The position numbers and the translations under genes are program-made. The notes beneath the pieces are model-generated. The model did not search any database. It had not been told where the DNA came from and worked only from the letters and a program-made list of their open reading frames with translations. Positions 17,666-29,062 of a stretch of DNA of 64,000 nt are shown here, piece after piece. The stretch lies in the NCBI GenBank assembly GCA_963772835.1, contig CAVYYZ010000012.1, positions 96,001-160,000 on the forward strand, read 5' to 3'. Within the stretch, counting starts at the first letter, position 1. Each line of letters starts with the position of its first letter. Source of the stretch: an uncultured delta proteobacterium. GTDB taxonomy: Bacteria > Desulfobacterota > Desulfuromonadia > Geobacterales > Pseudopelobacteraceae.

Positions 17666-19564
17666 TTGCAGGGGGTATTAAGAATGTATTATCGCATCAT
17701 CGTAGTGTTGTTTCTGTTATTGCTGACGTCTGCACCTGTACGCGCCGAACAGGGGATGGCCATCGATCCGGCCACCTGTCTGGGATGTCACAGCGATAAA
17801 ATTTCCATTCGATCCTTCGCTGCCTCCGTTCACGGCAAAAACGCCTGCACCAGTTGCCATGTGGATATTACCGATCTCTCCAAACATATGAAAAAGGAGA
17901 TCAACGTCCAGAAGGTTCAGTGCGAGCGGTGTCACAAAAAGCAGAACTCCGAGCACTATGCCAGCGTACATGCTGAAAAAGGCGTGACGTGTGCTCAATG
18001 CCACACCGATATTCATACCCATAATTACTGGAAAAACGACAAGCGTATCGCAGTTGCCAAATGCATCCAGTGCCATGACCAGAAAGCCGTTTACCAGTTG
18101 TCGGTTCATGGCAAAGCCGTCGCGGCGGGCAACATGGATTCGGCTGCCTGCCATGACTGCCACAATCTCCACGCCATCGAAAAGCTGGCAGGCGCAAAAG
18201 ATCATAAAGGGCGGGAATTCCACACCAAGGTCTGTATGAAGTGCCATAGCGATGAGAAGATGATGGCACGTAACAAGGTTACCAATGTAGCGGTCAAATC
18301 ATATATGGAGAGCTACCACGGCAAAAATTACCGCCTCGGCTTCCCTGACAAAGTCGCCGGATGTGCCGATTGCCATACCGCTCACTCGGTATTGCCCAAA
18401 TCAGATCCGCAATCGAGCGTCAATCCGGTCAATATGGTCAAGCAATGTGCTGCGTGCCATCCAAACGCAACGCCGCTCTTTGCCAAGTTTTATTCACATG
18501 GCGAGATGACAGACCGGCATAAATATCCGATCCTGTATTATACCTTTATCGCCATGACGGGACTGCTGCTTTCCACGTTTGCTGTTTTCTGGGTTCACAC
18601 GCTGCTGTGGATGTTCCGCGGCTTCGTTGAAAACCGGGAAAAGGCCGACAAACTGGCAGCAGGCACTCATCATCATGTTCATGTTACCGGTGCAGGTACG
18701 CATGTTCATGTCATTCCCGATGCGCACAAGCAGTATCGTCGTTTCAATCGCCTGCACATCTTCCTGCATATCCTGGTCATCACCAGCTTCCTGCTCCTTT
18801 CGTTGACCGGTCTACCGCTCAAATTCAGCGGGCAGCAGTGGGCAAACTTCATGATGCAGTTCTATGGCGGCTCAGCAAATGCAGCGCTGCTGCATCGCAT
18901 TGGCGCCGCAATAACATTTGTCTATTTCGGTTCTGCTATTGTGATGAGCATAAACTTCCTTTTCATCAGAAAAGATATCAAAGGGAATCCGCTGCAGCGT
19001 CTGTTCGGGCCGGATTCACTCTGCTTCAATCTGCGCGATATCAAGGATGTGTTCTTCATGGTCAGATGGTTCTTCTTCAAGGGGCCGAAGCCGACTTTCG
19101 AGCGTTGGACCTACTGGGAGAAATTCGACTTTGTGGCCGTCTTCTGGGGGATGTTCGCAATCGGCGGGTCAGGCCTGATGCTCTGGTTCCCTGAATTTTT
19201 CGGGATGTTCCTGCCGGGATGGGCGTTCAATGTTGCCACTATCGTCCATTCAGACGAGGCACTTCTGGCAACCGGCTTCATCTTCACTGTTCACTTTTTT
19301 AACACCCATGGGAGACCGGAAAAGTTCCCGATGGACTTTGTCATCTTCAACGGACAGATCGGCAAGGAAGAGATGATTGAGGAGCGTGGTGACCAGTGGA
19401 AGCGCTACGAGGAGCAGGGAATCACCGAGCAGTTTGCCTGTAAGAAGACCAGTGGCGTACTGTACGACTTCCTTTTAAAAGGGTTCGGTTTTACCGCAGT
19501 TTTGATCGGACTCGGGTTGATGGTGCTCATGGTTCTTGCATTCCTCAGTGGAGGTGGTCACTGA
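17666..19564 (+). CDS. cbcL: CbcL-like inner-membrane b/c cytochrome (nonaheme c domain plus cytochrome b domain)
   Basis: 9 CxxCH followed by a HydC/FdnI-like TM domain (LHRIGA, WTYWEKFDFVAVFWG, VHSDEALLA); true start may be ATG 17684. Confidence 0.85.
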   Translation: MQGVLRMYYRIIVVLFLLLLTSAPVRAEQGMAIDPATCLGCHSDKISIRSFAASVHGKNACTSCHVDITDLSKHMKKEINVQKVQCERCHKKQNSEHYASVHAEKGVTCAQCHTDIHTHNYWKNDKRIAVAKCIQCHDQKAVYQLSVHGKAVAAGNMDSAACHDCHNLHAIEKLAGAKDHKGREFHTKVCMKCHSDEKMMARNKVTNVAVKSYMESYHGKNYRLGFPDKVAGCADCHTAHSVLPKSDPQSSVNPVNMVKQCAACHPNATPLFAKFYSHGEMTDRHKYPILYYTFIAMTGLLLSTFAVFWVHTLLWMFRGFVENREKADKLAAGTHHHVHVTGAGTHVHVIPDAHKQYRRFNRLHIFLHILVITSFLLLSLTGLPLKFSGQQWANFMMQFYGGSANAALLHRIGAAITFVYFGSAIVMSINFLFIRKDIKGNPLQRLFGPDSLCFNLRDIKDVFFMVRWFFFKGPKPTFERWTYWEKFDFVAVFWGMFAIGGSGLMLWFPEFFGMFLPGWAFNVATIVHSDEALLATGFIFTVHFFNTHGRPEKFPMDFVIFNGQIGKEEMIEERGDQWKRYEEQGITEQFACKKTSGVLYDFLLKGFGFTAVLIGLGLMVLMVLAFLSGGGH

Positions 19565-19581
19565 TACTATCGCATTGAATT

Positions 19582-19613
19582 AAAAAGGGGGGGCATGAGC
19601 CCCCCCTTTTTTT
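19582..19613. terminator. Bidirectional terminator
   Basis: AAAAAGGGGGGGC-ATGA-GCCCCCCCTTTTT between convergent genes. Confidence 0.8.
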
Positions 19614-19692
19614 GTCATGCGCTTACCGTGCGTTTTATTGGTCCCGTTGTCTCTAAATATATACAGCCGATTATCGGACTCATCACTTTCTA

Positions 19693-21498
19693 TTATATTT
19701 GTTCTGCTGACTGCTTCTGCCATTTCCCCAACGCAATAGATTCTACTGCAGCTGCCAAACCAAATGAAAAAACACTGAACACCAGTGGCAGACCGTGAGT
19801 CCCCATGAGGTCAGACATAAAAACCTTTATGCCGCCGATTACCATGACGAGTATGGCCACATTGCGAATCTCCTTGTTCTTTTTCAGAAATGCAAACAGG
19901 ATCAAACCAATTGCCGATCCGTTTATCAGGACCGATTGAGCACACACGAATGCATCGCGAAGCATCAATGTCGGCAGTAGAGAGATAATCTGGAACAGCG
20001 CGATACGCATCATGTAGAAGCCGCATATGAGCCCGGCAAGAAGCAGCATGGCAGCGCTCCGATCATGCGCATCAAAACGACCAAAGAAAGAATATTCCTC
20101 GGTGGGCGGCCACCTACGGCACCATTGGTAATGGTACAGGATTATACAGGTCAAGAGGCCGGAAGGGAGTATATTGACAACATCCATTGCAGCAGGACCG
20201 ATCCCCTTAAACGCAACAACCATAGCCCCACAGCAGTAAAACTGGAACAGGTAGGTTGTCACTCTGATCGTGCCGCTACCCCACACCCGCGACATAACAG
20301 CCATGAAAATTGCAACCAGAGAAAGAACCGGCAATGAAAGTCCCAGTTTTCCGGTGGCGACCGGCAACGCCAGTGCAAGCAGGACACCACTGGCAAACGT
20401 GTACGCCGATGCACCGGGAGCCCCCTCTCCTCTGCGCTTAGCCAGCCAGAAACTGAGCCCGAGATGGCTGAACGCAGCAAGGATGCCGATTCCCCCCAGC
20501 ATGACAGTACTACCGCCCCCCGTCGCTTTTGACACGTAGACCATCAATGAAAAAGCCCACAGTACGTTGATTGTGGGAAGTGCCATATCAAAAAGGGAAA
20601 CTCTTTCCGCACTGTTTCGGAGAACTCCGAGTAGGGCTAGAATCAGATAGGTGACAGCGAAAAGAGCAATAACAGAGAGAAACCAGGAAAATGCCAATTC
20701 AGGCGGAATTGTTTTGCCCTTACGCAGAGCAGTGACAATCTGGACTCCCCACAACTGCAGCATGATCATTGTGACAAGAAGCGCCGACCAGCGCAGCCAA
20801 GAACATCGTTTCAGCTGTGCGGCAAAATATCCGAGCAGGTTGGCGGTGAAAAGCACCAGAGAGAGATAGAGAAAGGACGGATGTGGATAATCGATTGCCG
20901 CACCCGCAAAGGTCATGCTGAGGATACCGACCGAAATAGGAGTAAAAGCATTGAACCTGCGACTGATCAGCGCCATGCCGATGCCGGTTGCCATAAGCGT
21001 CAGATATGCCGGCACAAGCGGAAGTGAATTGAAGTGGGAATGCGTCTCGACAACGATTGTCGACATCAGTATCGCTCCACTGGAGGCAAAGATCGGAGCA
21101 AGAGGACTCTGTTTGCCGTACCGGTGCCAGCCGACGACCATCAGGACAGCAGCATAGCCCATGCCGACTCCCGAGCCGATAAGTGTATCGATCACACCGC
21201 TATCGGTTATAGTGCGAAGAATCAGGGCCACGACAAGCAGGAAACAAAGCGTGGCGAGGCGAGGCAACAGAGATGTCCGGCTGGCCCAGTTAAGTACCTC
21301 TTCTGAAACATCCGCGAGGCCCTCAGGCGGTGCGGCCTTTTCATACGCCGGAGCAGCAATTGTCCCGGGATGGGGCGAGCCGGCGACCTCACCATCACCA
21401 AGACGCGCGGCCAGTCGCTCCATCTGCTTTTCCATTGCCTGCAGTCGGGCCGTAAGCTCTTTTTCACGCTCTCCAGCAGTTGTTTCCGGCTCTGTCAT
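19693..21498 (-). CDS. Polytopic membrane protein, DUF2339-like
   Basis: N-terminal coiled coil and linker, then >14 hydrophobic segments; C-terminal IR..AI..M..GGIKVF..DL. Confidence 0.65.
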   Translation of the reverse strand: MTEPETTAGEREKELTARLQAMEKQMERLAARLGDGEVAGSPHPGTIAAPAYEKAAPPEGLADVSEEVLNWASRTSLLPRLATLCFLLVVALILRTITDSGVIDTLIGSGVGMGYAAVLMVVGWHRYGKQSPLAPIFASSGAILMSTIVVETHSHFNSLPLVPAYLTLMATGIGMALISRRFNAFTPISVGILSMTFAGAAIDYPHPSFLYLSLVLFTANLLGYFAAQLKRCSWLRWSALLVTMIMLQLWGVQIVTALRKGKTIPPELAFSWFLSVIALFAVTYLILALLGVLRNSAERVSLFDMALPTINVLWAFSLMVYVSKATGGGSTVMLGGIGILAAFSHLGLSFWLAKRRGEGAPGASAYTFASGVLLALALPVATGKLGLSLPVLSLVAIFMAVMSRVWGSGTIRVTTYLFQFYCCGAMVVAFKGIGPAAMDVVNILPSGLLTCIILYHYQWCRRWPPTEEYSFFGRFDAHDRSAAMLLLAGLICGFYMMRIALFQIISLLPTLMLRDAFVCAQSVLINGSAIGLILFAFLKKNKEIRNVAILVMVIGGIKVFMSDLMGTHGLPLVFSVFSFGLAAAVESIALGKWQKQSAEQI

Positions 21499-21793
21499 TC
21501 TCTACCTCCTGTCGCACCTGTTTACAGAAAATATAACAGTGTTTAAAATAGTTGTGTCTGCAGGTTTTGTCAATACGTAGATTGCCAGTGTAACGGTCGA
21601 CAGAACAAAATATGGTCAGTAACCACTATCGGATCAAGGACGGTATTTGCGGCGGAAATTCATTTTAAGTTGCATTATTATTGACTTCATGATACGAAGT
21701 ATTCTTTTTTTATCGTTAGGCAGTGAATCTTTCATAGAAGATGAAAAGTAAGCTGTTTCAGCAGAACATGCCCAGTAACCGAGGAGAAATTGA

Positions 21794-23329
21794 ATGGAAC
21801 CCGTAAAAAAAATAAGTGCTGAAAAATATTACATGAATATCATCAGTTTACTGGGAATGCTCATCTCTGCAATCTCAGCAGTGGTGATTGTGCTATTCCT
21901 TGCGTTGCAGGCTTTCAGGGGGTTCGAGAACCCGTACCTGGAAATTGTGACGTATTTTATATTGCCCATGGGAATATTATCCGGCGGTGTTATGACCTAC
22001 TTCGGTGCATGGCGCACACGAAGCAAGCATCGCAGGAATCCCGATGTCGACCTTCCACCTCTGCCGCGGCTTGACTTCAATGATCCGAGTAAACTTCGTC
22101 TCGCTGGTTTCTTTGCCCTGGTGACAGTCGTATTTTTTGCCGTTATCGGAGTTGCAACAATCAAAGGATTTGAATTTACCGAATCAACAGTATTCTGTGG
22201 CGAAGTCTGCCATATCCCAATGGAGCCGGAGCATACCGCCTGGGAGAACTCACCTCACGCACGGGTTCGATGTGTTGAGTGTCATGTCGGCTCCGGTCTT
22301 GATTATTACGTCAAAGCCAAGATCAACGGGACCAGGCAGCTCTATTCGATACTGACCGGCACCTATCCGACACCTATCCCCACTCCGGTACACAACCTGC
22401 GACCTGCCCGAGGTACCTGTGAGCGATGCCACTGGCCTGAGAAATTCATCTCCGCACGCCATAAGTACATTTCTCACAACGCTCCCAACGAGGAAAATAC
22501 CCGTCGTGACATGCAGCTGCTGATTAAAATCGGCGGCACACCCGGGGCACCTAACAGTTCCGGCATCCACTGGCACATAGGCAAAGAGGTATCCTATGTG
22601 GCCTCCGACGAAAAAAGGATGGTCATCCCATACATCTCGGTCAAGAATAGTGACGGCACACTGGATGAATACGTCACTTCAGACAAGCCGTTAACCAAAG
22701 AAGAGCTTGCAAAAAGCGAGAAGCGCGTCATGGACTGTATTGATTGTCACAACAGACCGGCGCACTCATACAATCCTCCTAGCGATGAGCTGGACCACGC
22801 ATTTACTGCCGGCAAGCTTGATCCGTCTCTTCCGTACGTAAAAAAACTCGCCGGTGAACTATTGGGAAAACCGTACCAGAATAACGACGAAGCAATGGTT
22901 GCGATTAATAAGGGGGTTCATGAATATTATGAAAAGAATTACCCCGCTCTGGTTAAATCAAAATCAGTTTCGATCAAACAGGCTTTCGAAGAGATCCAGC
23001 GAATCTACTCCAGAAATTATTTCCCCCAGATGAAAGTCGTCTGGAGTGCGTACCCGTCTCACATGGGGCACTTCTACTTCCCCGGCTGTTTCCGCTGCCA
23101 CGACGGAAAGCACAAGAATGCTGCCGGCAAGGTCATCTCCAAGGATTGCAACCTGTGTCACACCGTTCTTAGCCAGACACAGGAAAATATCCCCAAAGGC
23201 ACCCAGGTCAAAAACTTTGTACACCCTGTTGATATCGGTGACGAACTGATGAAGACCAATTGTAATGAATGTCACGCTCCGAGCGGCCACGATGTAACCG
23301 GTGGAGAAGGCGATAAAAAACTTCAGTGA
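21794..23329 (+). CDS. imcH: ImcH-like NapC/NirT-family heptaheme inner-membrane cytochrome
   Basis: 3 N-terminal TMs; FCGEVCH (CX3CH) plus 6 CxxCH; SPHARVRCVECHVG. Confidence 0.82.
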   Translation: MEPVKKISAEKYYMNIISLLGMLISAISAVVIVLFLALQAFRGFENPYLEIVTYFILPMGILSGGVMTYFGAWRTRSKHRRNPDVDLPPLPRLDFNDPSKLRLAGFFALVTVVFFAVIGVATIKGFEFTESTVFCGEVCHIPMEPEHTAWENSPHARVRCVECHVGSGLDYYVKAKINGTRQLYSILTGTYPTPIPTPVHNLRPARGTCERCHWPEKFISARHKYISHNAPNEENTRRDMQLLIKIGGTPGAPNSSGIHWHIGKEVSYVASDEKRMVIPYISVKNSDGTLDEYVTSDKPLTKEELAKSEKRVMDCIDCHNRPAHSYNPPSDELDHAFTAGKLDPSLPYVKKLAGELLGKPYQNNDEAMVAINKGVHEYYEKNYPALVKSKSVSIKQAFEEIQRIYSRNYFPQMKVVWSAYPSHMGHFYFPGCFRCHDGKHKNAAGKVISKDCNLCHTVLSQTQENIPKGTQVKNFVHPVDIGDELMKTNCNECHAPSGHDVTGGEGDKKLQ

Positions 23330-23356
23330 AAAACTGACATTCAGTCTGTTGATTAC

Positions 23357-23394
23357 CAGAAAAGGCCCGATCATCTCTGATCGGGCCTTTTCTG
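23357..23394. terminator. Bidirectional terminator
   Basis: CAGAAAAGGCCCGATCA/TGATCGGGCCTTTTCTG. Confidence 0.8.
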
Positions 23395-23417
23395 TTCGTA
23401 ACGAATCCGGAAGGTTT

Positions 23418-23606
23418 CTATAATTCCACGTAATCGCCAATGTCCGTGTCGACGTCGCACTCCGCTTCCTCTTCCATCCCTGCCTCTGCTGAACCGGCAG
23501 TTTCCTCTTTTAGATGGCGGATAAATTGATCATTATCACGAATAGTTCGTTGCACGTCAGCCAGAAGTTTTTCCAGTTCATCAGGTTCTGTATCGCCAAA
23601 GGTCAT
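23418..23606 (-). CDS. Small acidic hypothetical protein (62 aa) directly after trxB
   Basis: MTFGDTEPDELEKLLADVQRTIRDNDQFIRHLKEE...; ATG lies 2 nt after the trxB stop. Confidence 0.55.
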   Translation of the reverse strand: MTFGDTEPDELEKLLADVQRTIRDNDQFIRHLKEETAGSAEAGMEEEAECDVDTDIGDYVEL

Positions 23607-23608
23607 AG

Positions 23609-24658
<1,050 letters not shown>

Positions 24659-24685
24659 TTATTTTTATAGGGAGTACACCATACC

Positions 24686-25891
24686 ATGCGGCTTAACGAT
24701 CTGATTTCAGACGCACATGATCGCCTCAAAAAGCGCGTCCGGCACAGTGAACTGATATATTCGCATTTTTATAGCGAGCAGTTGGGATTGCCGCTGTATT
24801 TCAAGTGTGAAAACCTGCAGCGAACCGGCTCTTTCAAGATACGGGGAGCACTCAACTTCATGACCTCCCAACCTCGTGAAAATTTGAAATATGGCGTCAT
24901 AACCGCATCAGCCGGCAACCATGCCCAGGGAGTGGCCTTTTCAGCTGATCTGCTCAGCGTCGCCGCAACCGTATATATGCCGGAAATAACTCCGCCTCAG
25001 AAAGTCCAGGCCACACGGGACTACGGTGCCGAGGTTGTGCTGACCGGCCGTAATTTTGATGAAGCCTGTGCAGCGGCCATAACTGCCCAGCAGAATAGCG
25101 GAGCACTTTTCGTGCATCCATTTGATGATGAACTGGTCATGGCGGGACAAGGGACCATTGCTCTGGAGGTACTGGAGGATCTTCCGGATCTCCGAAACAT
25201 TATCATACCGGTCGGTGGCGGAGGCCTGATAGCCGGAATGGCTGCGGCACTGCGCGAACGTGCTCCCCACGTCCGTATTATCGGGGTTGAATCGAGCGCA
25301 GCTCCCTCAATGTCGGCTTCCTTTACGGCCGGGAGGCCGACCGAACAGCCGGTGCTGGTCACACTGGCAGACGGCATCGCCGTCAAACTGCCCGGATCAA
25401 GAACCGTTCCGGTAATCTGCCAGCTTGTCGATGAAATTATCCAGGTACAAGAGGAAGATATCGCGCTGGCCATTGTCTCGCTGCTGGAGAAGACTAAAAT
25501 GCTGGTCGAAGGCGCTGGAGCGGTCACACTGGCGGCGGTCTTGAATCACCGGATTCCGGATCTTGAGGGGAAAACCGTTTGCCTGCTCTCCGGAGGAAAT
25601 ATTGACGTAAAGACCATTTCACAGGTAGTTGAGCGGGGCCTTATTGCCGGAGGTCGTTACCTAAAGCTGGTCGTCGAGCTTGACGACCACCCCGGCGCGC
25701 TGGCGACTCTTGCTGATAATATTGCGGCAACCCGTGCCAATATTTTTCATATTACCCATGACCGCCGCTCGAAATCGCTTGCCATCGGCAGGACTGATGT
25801 CTCTCTGGAGTTGGAGACCCGCGGCTACGAGCATATCAGGGAAATAGTCAGTTATCTGGAAGGAAGGGGCTATAGTCTGGTGGTTGTGTAA
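24686..25891 (+). CDS. ilvA: Threonine ammonia-lyase with C-terminal ACT domain
   Basis: KCENLQRTGSFKIRGA, SAGNHAQG, PVGGGGL, SGGNID, ACT domain. Confidence 0.93.
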   Translation: MRLNDLISDAHDRLKKRVRHSELIYSHFYSEQLGLPLYFKCENLQRTGSFKIRGALNFMTSQPRENLKYGVITASAGNHAQGVAFSADLLSVAATVYMPEITPPQKVQATRDYGAEVVLTGRNFDEACAAAITAQQNSGALFVHPFDDELVMAGQGTIALEVLEDLPDLRNIIIPVGGGGLIAGMAAALRERAPHVRIIGVESSAAPSMSASFTAGRPTEQPVLVTLADGIAVKLPGSRTVPVICQLVDEIIQVQEEDIALAIVSLLEKTKMLVEGAGAVTLAAVLNHRIPDLEGKTVCLLSGGNIDVKTISQVVERGLIAGGRYLKLVVELDDHPGALATLADNIAATRANIFHITHDRRSKSLAIGRTDVSLELETRGYEHIREIVSYLEGRGYSLVVV

Positions 25892-25912
25892 AGATTTATC
25901 AGGGGAGCGAGC

Positions 25913-26911
25913 ATGCATACAGATACTTTTGTTCTGGGAATAGATATCGGTGGAACGACCACTTCATTCGGATTTGTTGATCGCCAAGGCAACCTGATAT
26001 GTGAAGCGACTCTGGACACACTGGCCGATCAGTCTGCATATTCTCTGATATCACGCCTTTACGACGCTACCGAGAAACTACTAAAATCTCTTCCGCTTCA
26101 AACAACAATATCAGGAATCGGCATCGGAGCGCCCAATGCCAATTATATTCGGGGAACGGTAGAAAATCCGGTCAATCTGAACTGGGGAGCGGAGGTCAAT
26201 CTGACAGAGCTGGTCAGGCAGCGGTACGATCTACCGACTGCAATAACCAATGATGCCAACGCTGCAGCAATCGGGGAACTGCTGTTCGGCGGCGCACGCG
26301 GAATGAAGCATGCCATCGTCATCACTCTGGGAACCGGCCTGGGGAGCGGCATTATCACTGATGGAGCAGTATTGTACGGTGCTGACGGGTTTGCCGGCGA
26401 ACTTGGCCACACGACCGTTTATCCTGCAGGAAGGTACTGCGCCTGCGGGAAGCGGGGGTGCCTGGAAACCTACGTTTCTGCCACCGGGCTCTGCAGAACT
26501 GTTACCGATCTGCTGGCGCAACGGTGTGGTCCGAGCAGCTTGCGACACGTGAGCTTCGACAAACTGACCTCAAAACAGGTCTATGAGGCGGCCTGCGAAG
26601 GGGACCCCATAGCGCTGGAGGCATTTGATTTCATGGCCAGAGTTTTCGGAATGAAACTGGCAGACGCTGTAGCCCACACCGGTCCCGAGGCGATCTTTCT
26701 CTCCGGCGGTCTTGCAGCTGCGGGAGATCTTTTGATTATTCCGACAAAGCGCTATCTGGAAGAGTTTCTGTTCACCCCGTACAAAGGGAAGGTGAAACTG
26801 CTCCGTTCCGATCTGCCGGAGGGGAGCGGTGCAGTTTTAGGGGCGGCGGCACTGGCTTGGCTTGAAGTTGACAAGGCTCCCTTCGACACCACCCAGGAAA
26901 CAAGCATGTGA
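25913..26911 (+). CDS. ROK family sugar kinase (glucokinase-like)
   Basis: GIDIGGT, NDANAAA, TLGTGLGSG, GELGH...CACG..GCLE. Confidence 0.92.
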   Translation: MHTDTFVLGIDIGGTTTSFGFVDRQGNLICEATLDTLADQSAYSLISRLYDATEKLLKSLPLQTTISGIGIGAPNANYIRGTVENPVNLNWGAEVNLTELVRQRYDLPTAITNDANAAAIGELLFGGARGMKHAIVITLGTGLGSGIITDGAVLYGADGFAGELGHTTVYPAGRYCACGKRGCLETYVSATGLCRTVTDLLAQRCGPSSLRHVSFDKLTSKQVYEAACEGDPIALEAFDFMARVFGMKLADAVAHTGPEAIFLSGGLAAAGDLLIIPTKRYLEEFLFTPYKGKVKLLRSDLPEGSGAVLGAAALAWLEVDKAPFDTTQETSM

Positions 26912-26934
26912 CGAATGGGACAAACACTATAACG

Positions 26935-28944
26935 CTACGCCCCCCTGACTTCCACGGTCACGTCATACAGGGTACTCCCCCGTCCGCCATCGGTCAGTCG
27001 CTGCGATGTCAGGGCGTTGACTCCGCGATCGCCGGGGATAAACTCCCGCCACCAGACCCCTTCAGTAACGACGGTTCCGACCGGCACCCGCTCCGAAATC
27101 CGTAACGTGAAACGAACAGTTCCCCGATCGTTGCATACCATCACCCTCTGTCCATCATCCAGACCGCGCACATCGGCATCAACCCTGCTCATCATCAGCT
27201 CCATACAATTCTGATTCAAGCGAAGTCCGTCCTGTTCGTAAAAGCTCGAATTGAGGGCAAACGGAGTAACCGCCGGCTGCAGGTGCAGTGGGTATCCGTC
27301 CTGTCCGGCATGAGTCGGAAGCGGACGCGGCAGCGGTTCGACTTCCCGCTCGTTCAGGACCTCAATCTTTCCCGATGCCGTGAGCCACGTTTTTTTTGGC
27401 TCCGATGGCGGAGTAAGTATAACCGGTTCACCCTGACGCAACCGTTCAGTAACGGCAGCACTCCTCCAGGGGGTTCCCCCGGTTAACAGCAGATCAATCA
27501 GTTCATCTGCCGATAATCCGAAAAAGGGTTCATTCCACTCCATACCTGCCGCCAGCAGGCTGAAAACTTCCCAATTACTTTTAGCTTCACCGACCGGCGG
27601 GATAGCAGCACTGCATAGCTGGGCATGATAGCTGCCGTAGCTGCGGTACAGATCAGGATGTTCCAGCGAAGAGGTGGCAGGCAGGACAATATCGGCATAT
27701 CGTGCGGTGTCTGTCATGAAGCGTTCGTGAACGACCGTGAAGAGTTCTTCCCGCTCAAGCCCCCGGATAACCGCATTCTGGTCGGGAGCGATAACTGCCG
27801 GATTGGAGTGGTAGACATACAGCGACATCACCGGCGGATCTGTCAGTTCGGTCAGTGCCGCTCCCAGCTGATTCATGCTGACCAGTCGCGGCACACGCTC
27901 CATGAAATCCTCACGCGTTACACTCTGAAGAGGGAAAGCTCCTCCGGTCGAGGTACCGAGGAAAATACCACCTCCCGGTTTTGACCATGCGCCAACGGCT
28001 GCGGGAAGACAGCTTATTGTCCGAACGGTCATGGCTCCGTTCCCGTAGCGGGTCAGGCCGCTTCCCAAACGGATAAACGGGGCCTTTGCCCCTGCATACT
28101 CCCGTGCCATCCGCTCGATAACAGCGGCCGGCAGACCGCAGACGACCGACATCTCTTCAGGGGGACAGTCCGGCAGAATCTGGGCGGTCAACGCTTCAAA
28201 GCCGAGAACATTGGCGGAAAGGAACTCCCGGTCCAACAGCCCCTCACGTTCAATGACATGCAGCATTGCCAACGCCAGAGCGCCATCCCCCCCGGGGCGA
28301 ACCAGAAATGTTTCATCGGCCGCCTCACAGGTCGGGGTCCGGTATGTGTCTATGGCCCATACTTTTGCCCCGTTTCTCCGGGCCGACTGGGCATCCCGCA
28401 TCGCATGGATACTGGTGGCTGCAGCATTGATCCCCCACATGATTACCAGATCGCTCCCTTCGACTTCTGCAGGGTCCATAGCAGGCGTATCACCCATCAA
28501 CCCCTTCCAGCCGGCATCCTTGGCCGGCGAGCAAATTGTCCGTTCCAGCCTCGATGCGCCCAGTCTGTTAAAAAGGGCATGGCCGGCATTGCGCTGCACG
28601 AGCCCCATTGTCCCGGCGTAAGAATAAGGGAGAATGGCTTCCGCCCCGTGGCTGGCGATGACTTCCTGCCAGTGGCTGCAGATTGATGAAATCGCCTCCT
28701 CCCAGGAGATCGCGTCGAATTCCCCCGCCCCCTTCTTCCCGACCCGTCGCAGCGGTGTCGTCAGCCGCCGGTGAGAGTGAACGGTCTGCTCATAATGATT
28801 CATCTTCGGGCAGAGCAGACCGCGCGTAACCGGATGGTCCGGATCTCCACTGACGGAGATGGCGCGGCCGTTTTCCGTAGTCACGAGAAGCCCGCAGGCA
28901 TCTGGACAGTCATAGGGGCAGACGGAACGGGTTGTTACGTACAT
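26935..28944 (-). CDS. Cytoplasmic molybdopterin oxidoreductase (DMSO reductase family)
   Basis: CPYDCPDAC...GLLCPK Fe-S motif, TARYADIVLPA, C-terminal MGD-binding domain; no Tat signal. Confidence 0.9.
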   Translation of the reverse strand: MYVTTRSVCPYDCPDACGLLVTTENGRAISVSGDPDHPVTRGLLCPKMNHYEQTVHSHRRLTTPLRRVGKKGAGEFDAISWEEAISSICSHWQEVIASHGAEAILPYSYAGTMGLVQRNAGHALFNRLGASRLERTICSPAKDAGWKGLMGDTPAMDPAEVEGSDLVIMWGINAAATSIHAMRDAQSARRNGAKVWAIDTYRTPTCEAADETFLVRPGGDGALALAMLHVIEREGLLDREFLSANVLGFEALTAQILPDCPPEEMSVVCGLPAAVIERMAREYAGAKAPFIRLGSGLTRYGNGAMTVRTISCLPAAVGAWSKPGGGIFLGTSTGGAFPLQSVTREDFMERVPRLVSMNQLGAALTELTDPPVMSLYVYHSNPAVIAPDQNAVIRGLEREELFTVVHERFMTDTARYADIVLPATSSLEHPDLYRSYGSYHAQLCSAAIPPVGEAKSNWEVFSLLAAGMEWNEPFFGLSADELIDLLLTGGTPWRSAAVTERLRQGEPVILTPPSEPKKTWLTASGKIEVLNEREVEPLPRPLPTHAGQDGYPLHLQPAVTPFALNSSFYEQDGLRLNQNCMELMMSRVDADVRGLDDGQRVMVCNDRGTVRFTLRISERVPVGTVVTEGVWWREFIPGDRGVNALTSQRLTDGGRGSTLYDVTVEVRGA

Positions 28945-29062
28945 GGCGGATATCCTTTTACCAAAATATTGAAAGCGGATTATAGCCGATTTCAAAAAAC
29001 AATTGCAGATGAAATCGTTTTGGTGCGATAAAAGGTCGAGACTAAAACATGAGGGGTACATA

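Noticed and set aside
26935..28944. Molybdopterin oxidoreductase as the missing catalytic subunit of the NrfD modules
   Set aside because: It has no Tat/Sec signal, lies 12 kb away in a housekeeping context, and looks like the widespread stand-alone cytoplasmic type.
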